A stretch of 55,976 nucleotides of DNA, counting the filler, from Basidioascus undulatus (Eukaryota): assembly GCA_000826855.1 (NCBI GenBank). It is 4 parts of 4 records of this genome, joined end to end, with 100 filler letters (N's around TTAATTAATTAA, not from the genome) between each part and the next. Parts side by side here need not be neighbours in the genome. Positions count along the whole stretch, not along the records: positions 1 to 13,941 come from JTLS01000770.1; 3 more parts are not named here. One strand, given 5' to 3'. The stretch's first letter is position 1, and every line of letters begins with the position of its first letter. The position numbers were made by a program, and so were the translations under genes. The notes beneath the pieces were generated by a model, which saw nothing but the letters and a program-made list of their open reading frames with translations, ran no database searches and was not told the DNA's origin. Shown here in pieces: positions 1 to 10,170 of the stretch.

Positions 1-94
1 AATTTACCACCCATTTTGAGCTGCATTCCCAAACAACTCGACTCTTAGAAAGCGTATCACAGAAACACTGGTAGCCCACGTAAAGGACAGGATT
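1..94 (-). rRNA. Fragment of nuclear LSU (25S/28S) rRNA, end of D1 region; probably a displaced, degenerate copy
   Basis: The reverse complement reads ...AATCCTGTCCTTTACGTGGGCTACCAGTGTTTCTGTGATACGCTTTCTAAGAGTCGAGTTGTTTGGGAATGCAGCTCAAAATGGGTGGTAAATT, the conserved fungal LSU segment. Similarity stops abruptly at about 94. Confidence 0.85.
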
Positions 95-269
95 GGTTTG
101 TCAGCCTGGGGCTGTGACCCATCCTGTGATGTCAAGGGTCAAGACACCTCTCAGGATATTGCCTGCTAGTTCATCACCAACATCTTGTGTCTCCACAGCC
201 TCCCACATGACATTGTCTCTGACTGTGGCCTTCTCTACCAAATGGAGAGTTTCTGTCTGTGTCATTGCC

Positions 270-700
270 TGGGTCCATGTTCATGTCCATGTCTGTGTGC
301 ATTTCCTTCTGCATGTCCATTTGGTTGTCATGTCCATGACAATGTCAGTGTCCATGTCTATGAGGATGTCAGTGTCCATGTTTCACTGGATGTCTGTGAG
401 GATGTCTGTGTGGATGTCTGTATGAATGGTGGATGTCTGTGTGGATGTTTGTGTGGATGTCTGTGTAGATGTTTGTGTTAATGTCTGTGTTAATGTCTGT
501 GTCCATGTCTGTGGATGAGGATGGCCTGTGTGGTGTTTGTGGGGATTTTTGTGAAGATGACCATGTCCATGTCCATGGGGATGTCTGTGAGGATCCTGAG
601 GATGTCTCTGTTCATGTCTTTGTACATGTCTGTGTACATGTTCCTGTACTGTCCATGTCCAAGTCCAAGTCCAAGTCCAAGTCATTATGGATGTCACAAA
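270..700. repeat. Degenerate 6/12-mer minisatellite (TGTCCA / GTGGATGTCTGT), CpG-depleted
   Basis: Repeated GTGGATGT(C/T)TGT and (A/C)TGTCC units, with (GTCCAA)4 near 657-682. The ORFs called here are repeat artefacts. Confidence 0.85.
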
Positions 701-714
701 TACACATGGCTATT

Positions 715-1480
715 TCTTGAGACACATGTCAGTCCAGCCAGATGCACTCTGTCTTGAATTTCAGGCATGTCTATTTTTCAGACCAAACCACCCTATCTTA
801 TTTTTCAGACACATATCTATCTAGTCAGACATATCCAGTCTAAAATTCTAGACACATGACTATTTGTATGATGCATGTCTATTCTTTCAGAAACACCCCC
901 TCTGGAAATTCAAACACATGTCTCTTCTTCTTTCAGACAAGTGTCTACTTTTCCAGACATGTGTCTATCCAGGCAGACACACTCTGTCTGGAATTCCAGA
1001 CACATGTCTATTTTTCCAGACACATGCTGATTTTCCAGACAAATGTCTTTTTCTTCCAGATGCTACTTCACTTAAATTTTGGACACATGTCTATTTCTTT
1101 GAACCCGTGCCTGATTCCTTGCATGTCTGCCCAGCCTGGCATGCCCTGTTCGGAATTTCAAGCACCTGTCTAGTTCTTCAGACACATGTCTATTTTTCCA
1201 GACATGCATCTATCCAGCCAGACACACCCTGTCTGGTATTCCAAATACATGTCTATTTCTTCAGACACATTTCTATATTTTCAGACACCTGTCTGCCCAG
1301 CCTGGATGCCCCCTGTCTGAAATTTCAGACATGTGTCTATTGTTTTCAGACCTATGTCTACTTTTTCAGATAGGTGTCTGTCCAACAGATGCATGCTTCT
1401 GAAATTTCAGACATATGCCTGTTTTTTCTGACACATGCCTATGTCTTCAGATTCTCAGACATGGCTTGTCTGCACCTGGG
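715..1480. repeat. Degenerate ~20-nt tandem array, core TTTCAGACACATGTCTA
   Basis: Many copies of CAGACACATGTCT or CAGACATGTGTCT, usually flanked by T-runs, with GAAATTTCAG sub-units. Confidence 0.85.
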
Positions 1481-1559
1481 ACATGAATCATCTCAACCTG
1501 AGTCTTGATGTGTCTGCACCTCCGCCGTGACTTGTCTTCCCCTCAGCTCAGACATGGCG

Positions 1560-1712
1560 TCTCTGGTCTGGTCTCTGGTCTGACAGTTTGGTTTGGTCTG
1601 AAGCTGTGATCTGGTCTGATGGTCTGGTTTGCAGTCTGGTCTGGTCTGAATTTGCAGTCTGGTCTGATGGTTTGGTCTGGTCTGATGGTCTGGTCTGATG
1701 GTCTGGTCTGCG
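1560..1712. repeat. (TCTGG)n / CTGGTCTGATGGT microsatellite-like array
   Basis: Directly visible 5- and 13-nt periodicity. Confidence 0.85.
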
Positions 1713-1714
1713 GT

Positions 1715-2015
1715 GTTGTAGACAGGGGCTGTGTACAGGGTGTCTACCATACACAGGCACTTCTATGGGGTGTCTACAATTCACAGGTGCTATCTAACAG
1801 GTGTTGACCATAGACATATGCTGTCTACAGAGTGTCTACCATAGACAGAGCCTGTCTATAGGGTGTCTACCTAGAAAGGAGCTGTCTATGGGGTGTCTGC
1901 CCAGGCAGCCACTGTTTATTGAGTGCCTACCATCGGAAGATACTGTCTATGGCGTTTCTACAATGAACAGGTGTTGTCTACCAGGTGTCAGTCTACATGT
2001 ATCTACAAGAGACAG
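1715..2015. repeat. Degenerate ~30-nt array with core GGGTGTCTAC
   Basis: GTGTCTAC recurs about every 30 nt (about 1740, 1770, 1832, 1863, 1893, 1922). Confidence 0.7.
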
Positions 2016-2290
2016 GCCCTGTCCTGTCTGTGCCTCAGCCATGGCCTGTCTGACCCTCACCCATGGCTTGTTTGACCCTCAGACATGGTGCATCTTCAGC
2101 TCAGATATGCCTGAAGCCCAGACACACTACTTCTTACCCTCATGACAACTATAAGCTGTCTGTCAGGATGACAAGCACAAGCCATTCTGTCAGAACAACA
2201 ACCATGAGACAATCAGTACATAGTGGTGACCAGGCAGAATTTTGTCCGGATGATAACCCAAAGGGGTTCCATCCAAATGACACTGAGATG

Positions 2291-2450
2291 GACTGCCTTC
2301 CGAAGGAGAATCAACCCTTCTGAAGGAAACATCAGCCTTCTGAAAGGAATGGCTACTTTCTGAAGGAGAATTTAACCTTCTGAAGGGAAGGATCACCTTC
2401 TGAATAAAAAGGACTGCCTTCCGAAGGAGAAGCCCACATTCTGAAGGAGA
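2291..2450. repeat. 8 x ~20-nt tandem array with palindromic core CCTTC(C/T)GAAGG
   Basis: TTC(C/T)GAA recurs every 20-21 nt from about 2298 to 2445. Confidence 0.9.
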
Positions 2451-3581
2451 CATCAATGTTTCACTGCGACATGGGCGACAATGCCAAGCGGGATTCGGTC
2501 AGCCATGAGGCTTTTGGTTGGGTGGGAGTGGTGTCAGTGTGTGCAGGAGAGGAGAATGGAAATCTGTTGAGTCCTTCCGGGTGTAGTCTCGTACCCAGAC
2601 GGCCCTCGTGCGCGAAGTTGACAAAAGAGGAAGGAGCGAGTTCTGCAAGGGCCGTCTGGACCACTTCATGCAGGCGCCTTGCGGCCAGATTGCTCGAAGG
2701 CCTCTGCAGAGCCATTCTGGCCAACCACAGCCGCATTCCGTCCGCCTCTTCGCTTTTTCTGCACCACTCGTCCTGGCTCATTTCGCATAGCAACAATGCC
2801 GGGCAAAAGGTGGAATGGCAAGAATGGATGTAAAAAAGATCACCAGACCGGTAGACCCTTAATAAAAGCGAAGTCGCCCTCAAAAGCAAACATGAGCAGA
2901 GTAATTCTGGCCGCAGAGCGCACGCACGAAATGGACCAGACGGTCCCTTGCCAACAGGTCCCTCTCCTCTGCACTGTCAAAGCATGTGTTGCTGTCTCGC
3001 TGTCTGTCTGGAGCGAGGGCGTCTGGGTTCGAGACTAGCGGGGTGGCCGACAAATGTTTCGAAAGGAGCCGGTTGGGTGAGGACTCTGAGGAGCAAGTGG
3101 ACAAAGTGCGGGATGACGCAGGGGGACACCACGCGGAACACAGCCGTCTGCCTCGGCCGCGGAAAGCTTTTAAAAATTCAGTCCAAAGGTTTCCGATAGC
3201 AAATCGTGAAGCATAAGAACAAGAAGTCCGTCTGGCTGATGGATGGCTGTCCTACAATCTTCACTGCACAAGACATTGCGGGACCCATAAGCTATCCTTT
3301 TGTTGATGAGAGCGCTCCTCATACCTTTCTTTCGCTCACCCTGTGTCTTTCTGTGGTAAGTGAAGTATTTAACGGACCATCAGGCAATGCGCCGACAAGC
3401 GAAGTGGCGAGCATATAGTGCGTGCCATTCCTCGCTCCGCATCCGGTTCCGCATCGACTCTTTCGCCCTCGTCGTGCTCTCCCCTCTTTCCCTCTCGCCA
3501 CTCGCTTCGCCGTCTAAGATTCCTCCCCATCCCTTTCCAGATCCCTACCCACAAGATAGCAAGACACACCACCTCAACACT

Positions 3582-3966
3582 GGGTGCCTCTGCGCACCAC
3601 CGTTCCTTGGCCCTTCTTTTTTGGTGCCATGCGCACTACGTTCCGCTGTTTCCTTCTTTTGTCGGGTGCTTCTACGCACTACGTTTGCCTTTCCCGTCTT
3701 CGAGGGCGCCTCTGAGAATTACTTGATTCTTTCGGGGTGCCTCTGTGCACTACTGTCCTTCCTTCTTCCTCCAGGTGCCTCTGCGCACTACGTTCTGCCG
3801 TTTCCTTCTTCGAGGGTGCCTCTGCGTACTACGGTTTTTTTTTTGTTGGGGTGCCTCTGTGCACTCCGTCCTTCTTCCCCGTGTTCCTTACGCACTCGCT
3901 TACTCTTCTCTGGGATACCTCCGTGCTTTTCATCTTCTTTCTCTTGGGGTGCCTGCGCGCACTCCT
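3582..3966. repeat. Array of ~11 copies of a conserved ~19-nt motif (GGGTGCCTCTGCGCACTAC) separated by variable pyrimidine-rich spacers
   Basis: The motif starts at about 3582, 3623, 3664, 3704, 3735, 3774, 3814, 3849 and 3947, with degenerate copies at 3881 and 3912 and an outlier at about 4064. The period is 31-41 nt. Confidence 0.85.
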
Positions 3967-6766
3967 TACTTCTTGTTCGTATCGCTAGTCGTCACCCCGT
4001 TGTTCTTCGTTTCTAAAAGCGAAACGGTATATAATATTTCACGTCCTTTACTTCCCTTTCCTCGGTGCCATCGCGCACTGGTCCTCCCTCCGTCGAACCT
4101 TGACTCCTTCCCGCAGGACTATCTACTGCTGAGAGCGTCCCTCGAGCAGTCGTGTAGTGCTTATCACTCGCTTCAGTAGGGATGTTTCGGTTGGGGTGGC
4201 ACTGCTCAATAACGTACCCTCTTCCTTCTTTCTCTCGGTATAGGCCGCCGCGCAGTGCTCCCGTTCCTGTCTACGCAGTCATCGCACGCGGCAAGTCAAT
4301 CCCCTCCCTCAGGTTCTTCCGCGCTGCAGGCGATCGTACAGGCTGGAGTCAACTCGCAATCGTGTCCTCGGTTTCTGACGAAGTACCGCTGCACCTGACC
4401 AGCTTTTCGTCCCCCTCTTCCCACTTGCCTCTGTGCAGCTACGGTCTCCTCGGGTCTCTGTCCTTTCTTCCTCCCCAAGGTTACTGCGTGTACTGCCTTT
4501 CCTTTCTCTCAATCCTCTGGAAACGCGAGCGTGACTGCGTTCCCAAGGTTGCACCCACCACCCGTCAAACCCGTCCTTATATCGCTCGTATGAACTGCCA
4601 CTCGCATAGGTACCTCCGACCCCTTCCCTTGCGGCCCTCCATCTCCTTTTGGTCTGTCCCTTATGCGATTCGTCCACGATTTCCTGCCCGTACCTCGCCG
4701 TACCCCGCAGAACGCAGTGGTTGACCCCCTTCCTGTCTTTCTAGTATCTCACCGGCCTGCAGGCGTCCCTCAATAGGCCTCCGCACGCGACAGGCGACAG
4801 GCTCGGGCCTTGCTGTGTTCAGCGCGTGAGCAGTTGTATAAATCACTTCGACATCCTCAGCCCACGCGGGGAAAAGTATTCATCTGAAGCGGGCTCGCTT
4901 GCAGGAAGCCGTGGCGGGCCTCGAAGCCCCTCAATGTCGAGGAAGGCAGTCGTCTCAAGGGAGACCTCAAGGACGGACTGCTTGCAGGGGATGGCATGTG
5001 TAAAGGAAGGCTGTTTCGGCAAGAAGATCTTGGCGCATTTGCAGAAAGGTCGATGCGCTGGAATGTATTGCTACAGGGAGGAGGTCCGAAGGGAGAGAAG
5101 CTCGCGCCAGACGGCGGGATGTCAATTACTGTAGTCGTGTACGAGCAGCATTCTCAAGGAAATCGTCCCGCGCGGCAGCTGTATCGCAGGGCGAGTGAGT
5201 CCGTAGTATGAGTTGGATATACAGGGTAAGCGTCCCTCGCTGGCGGTGCGAGGGACGTTGAAAGGATAGCCGGAGCGACCACCGGCGCTTACGACTAGAA
5301 CACCCACGAGCTGTCTGCCACTGTGACAGCGTACCAAATTTTTCCGGTGTCTCCCGACCTTTTGGAGGGCGTTGCTGCTAGTTGCGGATGGACACGGATC
5401 CGAACACGAACTATGCAGGAGAGCGAATCGATCGGGCGGCAGATGGGCGTGTCGTGTCCGGGTAAGATTCGAGCAGTCGACAAGCAAAGTTTGAGAGGTC
5501 TGCAAGCACGGTAATTTATTTCGGAATGGAATAGCGTGAGAACGGGCAGGGAGAGGAGCGTCGTGCCACGCGCGAATTGCGGACGGCATGGCGCGACAAG
5601 CGGACTGAATGGAGCGACTGTGAGCTGTGCGAGGCAAAGGGGACAAAGAGTGTGAATGTCCAAGGGCGAAGATCGTGCGGACAGCCGAAAAAGACTGGGA
5701 TGGAGAGGAGAGCGACAACGCGAGGGTGGGTGATCAGCACGGAATCGATATCCCGTTCTGGGCGCTACTGAGCGGACTATTCGCAAGGACGGGAAACGCA
5801 TGGATGGCGTCAATAGGATCAGGTGCATTGCAAGACTGTGCCGAAGCAGCACTGAAGTGTCTAGGGCCAAACGGACGAATGTCGTGCCCCTCTGAAGCGT
5901 CGTCTCGGAAGCATGTCGGGCCGGGTGCTGTCTGCGCGTTTGATCGTCTCGCTATTTGCCTGAGCGAGCTGTAGTCTGTGGAGATAGATTCGAATGTCGA
6001 CTTGATGCTCGCGTCACGCGGGGGTGGGGCGGCGGCCGGTCGGTCGCAGGCTTGCAGAGTAATGTACGCAAACTACGAGCAGAAAGACGGAATGATCAGT
6101 ATAGCTTCGCTTGACTAACGCGCGTGGGACGTCGGGTTGTGCGTAAGAGACAGGGATGCGAAGTGTGAGCGGGGCGACGACGGGGATCGAAGATGCGATG
6201 CGATTCCGGTGTGGATCGAGCTGAGTTGCCCAGCGCAGGTCGAAAGGTCCGCCAGCATGCGCGATTTGGAGATCGCGACGAGATGTGTGTGCGTGAGCGG
6301 GGTGCAGGTTTGGATCAGAAAACTACGAGCGGGGAACGAAAGGGCCGCAAGCTCGAGATGAGTGAGTAGACTGGATCAGGGGGAGTGCGAGGAGGTTGTG
6401 CAAGCTGTAGCTGTAGGAAGGTGTGAGGAGTGGATGCGTATCGAGGAGGGTCCGATGGATGAGGGACGAAGGACGATCAAGCAGGATCGAAGGGAGAGCG
6501 CGACGACAAAGGATCAGTATCGCGGCCCGACCGGTGAGCGCTCCGCCCATCCCCCGTCCATCCTGCAGCCGCAGCGCTCCGAGCACCGACGCGACGAGTC
6601 CAAAATGCGACGGGTATGTGCAAACAGGGCCCCAACGCGAACGCCTTCTTCCGTCCCTTCCACCGCCGTCCTTCCCCCCAACCGTCCCTCGCACCTCCGC
6701 CCCACTCACCCCCGCGCCTATATGATGCCCCGCCCCACCGACCCTGCCAGAAGGAGGAGAGGAAGA

Positions 6767-7237
6767 TTAGGCGTGGGAGGGCGAGTGCTTCTTGGCGGCG
6801 TGCTCGATGAGCTTGGCGAGGTCGAACTTGGGGTCTTTGGGATCGGTGATGACTGGTCCTCCGCTATCTATCTCAGCACCACATCTAACAAACCAAAAAC
6901 GAGTGAAGGAGAGGAGAAGGGGACGCACGCTCCTCCGCCTTCTCCTTAGTCTTCTCCAGCGCCTCCTTGCCCTTGCTCTTGACCTTGTCCTCCCACGCCT
7001 GCTTGGCCTGCGCGTAGAGCTGCTCCTTGTGCTTCCGCTCCGCGTCCGCGTGCGCCGCGTGCTGCTCCCGCTGGACGGACCGCAGGTGCGTCGCGCCGTA
7101 CGCGATGCCAGCGAGGAGGGCGGTCCAGCGGACGATCTGCGCGACCCCACCCATTCCCACAGTCAGACGCCTGGGCTGCTTCAATGTTCCCGGTAGTGGT
7201 CGAGAGTGCAACCCACGTTTTGGGTAGAAGAAGCCAT
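6767..7237 (-). CDS. TIM11: Mitochondrial ATP synthase subunit e (3 exons)
   Basis: Spliced product is MASSTQN/IVRWTALLAGIAYG...LYAQAKQAWEDK.../GPVITDPKDPKFDLAKLIEHAA. It has a GxxxG transmembrane helix, a coiled coil and the fungal ITDPxDPxFDL motif, with GT-AG introns. Confidence 0.88.
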
Positions 7238-7446
7238 CGCGAAGAGAGAGAGTGGAGTCTGGAACGACGAAGGCGACAACGACGAGATGGAAGACGCTGT
7301 GGAGAGCGGCCGGCCGTTCTCGGGACGGCAGGCTGGTCAATCGGTTTGGGTTAAGTCGTTAGGACCGATAGGGCAACCACGCGACTTCGCGGACTCCCAG
7401 CGCGTCTTCCTTGGAATATCGCTCGCTCGCGATTTGGAACGACAAG

Positions 7447-7743
7447 ATGGACGACGAAGATGATTTCCTGGTGCGCATTATGTTGTTTTGTTGAAGAGGG
7501 GCTGAGCTGACTTGTATGGAGGACAGTACGGCCCCTCCGTGCCTGCTGCTCCCCCTCCCGCTCCAGGTGCGCCCCATCTGCGTTCCCAGCACCCATGTTT
7601 GCTCATATCTCTCAGCACCGGCAGCAGTGAAAGAAGAGACCCCCCTGCCCGCTCTCCCCACTCCCACCCTAGCGGAGGAGGACGTGCCCGCTCCTGGCGG
7701 CGCGGCGGGGACGGGCGGGGAGGAAGGCGAGGGAGAAGGCGAC

Positions 7744-7775
<32 letters not shown>

Positions 7776-9698
7776 TGAAGAAGAGGAGTCGGAGGAATCT
7801 GTACGTCTGCGCAGGTTGTTTCTCATGCATGGCTTTCTATGAATGAAACGTGTTGATGCCGGGCGTGTGGGCGCAGGACATCGAGTTCGTCATGGACGCG
7901 CCGCAGCAGCCGCGGACTGCCGATTTCCGGTACATCTTCCTCTCCTCTTCCTCCCCATCCCACTCCTCTCACTCCTCCGCGCGCCCACAGACCTCCGGGC
8001 AGCCGACAGTCCTTCGGCCGTCCGCCCAGCGGTACACCAGTGAAGAGTACATCCTCCCCTGCCACCTTCCCCCGGCCGCTCGCTTACTCTTCGCCGACAC
8101 GAACAGCCCCCGCTCCCCCATCGAACCTCACCACCGAGTACACCCCGCGCGAGCGCACCGCCGCGCCTCCAGCGGTGCCCACCCCTCCTCCCGCAGGGGC
8201 AACCGCAATCGCAACCCCCACGCGCGAGCCGTCCGCGTCTGTGGCCCCTTCTGCCGTTCCCTCCGGCGCTCCCCCGCCGCGCGCGCCCGCTCCCACAACG
8301 CAGCAAGCCGCCGATGCAGATGCGCAAGAAGCCGCAGCCCCCGCCGCGCCGCCCGTAGACGAGCCGCCCCACGCCGCGTCCACCGCCCCGGAATTCCCCC
8401 TCTCCGACGAGGCGCTCGACCCACAAGCAGTGTACGACCTCGACCTCTCTCTCCTCTCCGACGCAGACGCCGGCTGGCGCCGCCCGGGGGCGGACCTGTC
8501 AGACTGGTTCAACTACGGCCTGGACGAGTCGACCTGGCGCGAGTACGCCGCGCGGAAGCGCGACACCGCGGGTGTCGTTAGTGGGTTGAGCGGCGCGGCG
8601 TTTGGGGTCCAGAACCCGGAGGAGGCGATTGCTAATTTGCCCCCGGAATTGCGTGAGTTGATGGAAGGGGAATGGGGAGGGGAGAGGAGGGAAGGCTGAT
8701 GAGATGGAGGGGTGGGAAGGGGCAATGATGAGCATGATGCAGAATGGGGGGATGATGGCACAGGGGATGATGCCCGGTCCGCACGGTACGTCTCTTGTTC
8801 CCTTTTCCCACCCTCCTCTTCATCTCATCTCTTCCTTCCCTCCTCCCTTCCCTCACTCCTATCGATGGCTCACGCGTTCCTCTGGCAGGGTTCGACATGG
8901 GCGCGATGAACGCGATGGGCATGCCCGGCATGCCTGGGTTCGGCGGCGGGTTCCCCGGCGGTCCAGGCGGGCCGGGGATGGACGGGTTCGGACCGGGGCT
9001 GGGCGCGCCGAGTGGACCGGGAGGAGGAGGGATGGGGGGGTTCCGTGCGTCTCGTTCCTCTTCCTTACCGCCTTCCCCTCTTCCCCCTCTTCTACTCTTT
9101 CCCTTTTCATCTCTTCCCCTCTTCACCCCTCACCATCTTCCTTCGTCTCCCGTCTCCCGCACGTATGCTGACCTCCCCGCCGCTCCCAACCTAGGCGCTC
9201 CGCCCCCCGCCGGCCCCTCAGGCGGCAACAAGCCCCCTCCCTCCGGCCCCGGCGGCGCGGCCGAGCAAGTTAAGACTGAGCCGTCCACCACGCCCGGCGG
9301 GGAAGAAACCCCCGGCGCTGGCGCTGGCGCGGATGGCATGGAGGGCGCTGAGGGGATGGCTGGCATGGGGATGGGGAGGGGGTTGGAGGGATGGGGGGTG
9401 TGTCTTTCCTTCTTTCTGTTGGGATACGAAGAGAGGAGGGGAGAGGGAGAGGAGGAAGCTGATATGTGTGTGTTGTGGGTGGGAAAAGCAGGACTATACG
9501 AACCCCATGGCGTTCGCGGCGATGGCTGCGGTCGCTGCGGGGGGCGCAGGGTCGCCGATGGGCGGACGGGGAGGAGTGGGGCAGCGAGGGGGGAGCTGGG
9601 AGGAGGGCACTGGGAGGATGAGGTGGAGGGGGAGGGGGAGGTGGATGACGACGATGGGCTGGATGAGGAGTGAGGGGACATGCATGCAGCTCGGATAA
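7447..9698 (+). CDS. FIP1: Pre-mRNA polyadenylation factor Fip1 (multi-exon; 3' end approximate)
   Basis: Acidic N-terminus MDDEDDFL/YG, a poly-E tract and DIEFVMD, the Fip1 motif YDLDL...WRRPGADLSDWFNYGLDESTWREY, then an M/G/P-rich tail. Confidence 0.92.
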
Positions 9699-9935
9699 TG
9701 TGCGAGCGAACATGCGAAGTGTGGGCGGTCACTGCGCTCCACGCCTACGGAGAGTTTCCAGTGGAACCGTGCTATTCTGCCTTTGTTGATGAACTTGATG
9801 TTCCCCGAGGAACGCTGCACTATGATGTTATGAGATGTGTGGTTCCACGCAAAGGCGCTCCCGCCGCTCAGCACCCCAAGCGCAAGACCGTCACGGCGCT
9901 GGACTTTTGATGCCCTTGCCTCTCTCTCTACACAG

Positions 9936-9993
9936 TATACCATTTTAAAATACATTATACCATTTTAAAATACATTATACCATTTTAAAATAC
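9936..9993. repeat. Perfect AT-rich 20-mer repeated ~2.9 times (TATACCATTTTAAAATACAT)
   Basis: Directly visible tandem triplication in the FIP1-seipin intergenic region. Confidence 0.95.
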
Positions 9994-10170
9994 TTGCGAA
10001 ATGAAGGAGTGTTGTTTCCCTCAAATTGCATAGGCTGTGAGAGGCAGCGTTTGGGGATAAGCCCAACTCGGAGTCTTTCACGTGCAAGCCGACGCCTGTC
10101 CTCCGCGTCCTCTCCACCGTTCTCCCTCTCGCTCTCACGGCCGGCATCACCATCACCACCACCCGCCGTC

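Noticed and set aside
93..2456. His/Cys/Met-rich ORFs as metal-binding proteins
   Set aside because: They are translations of TG/CA-rich tandem repeats, open in several frames on both strands, with no splice structure or codon bias.
3582..3966. CRISPR array
   Set aside because: The context is eukaryotic, no cas genes are present, the repeats are short and imperfect, and the spacers are short, low-complexity and pyrimidine-biased. It is kept only as a repeat-spacer-like array.
2461..6400. Transposon or protein-coding genes in the ORFs of this interval
   Set aside because: No reverse transcriptase, integrase, transposase or other motif was recognised, and no consistent exon chain could be built. 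A decayed gene cannot be excluded.
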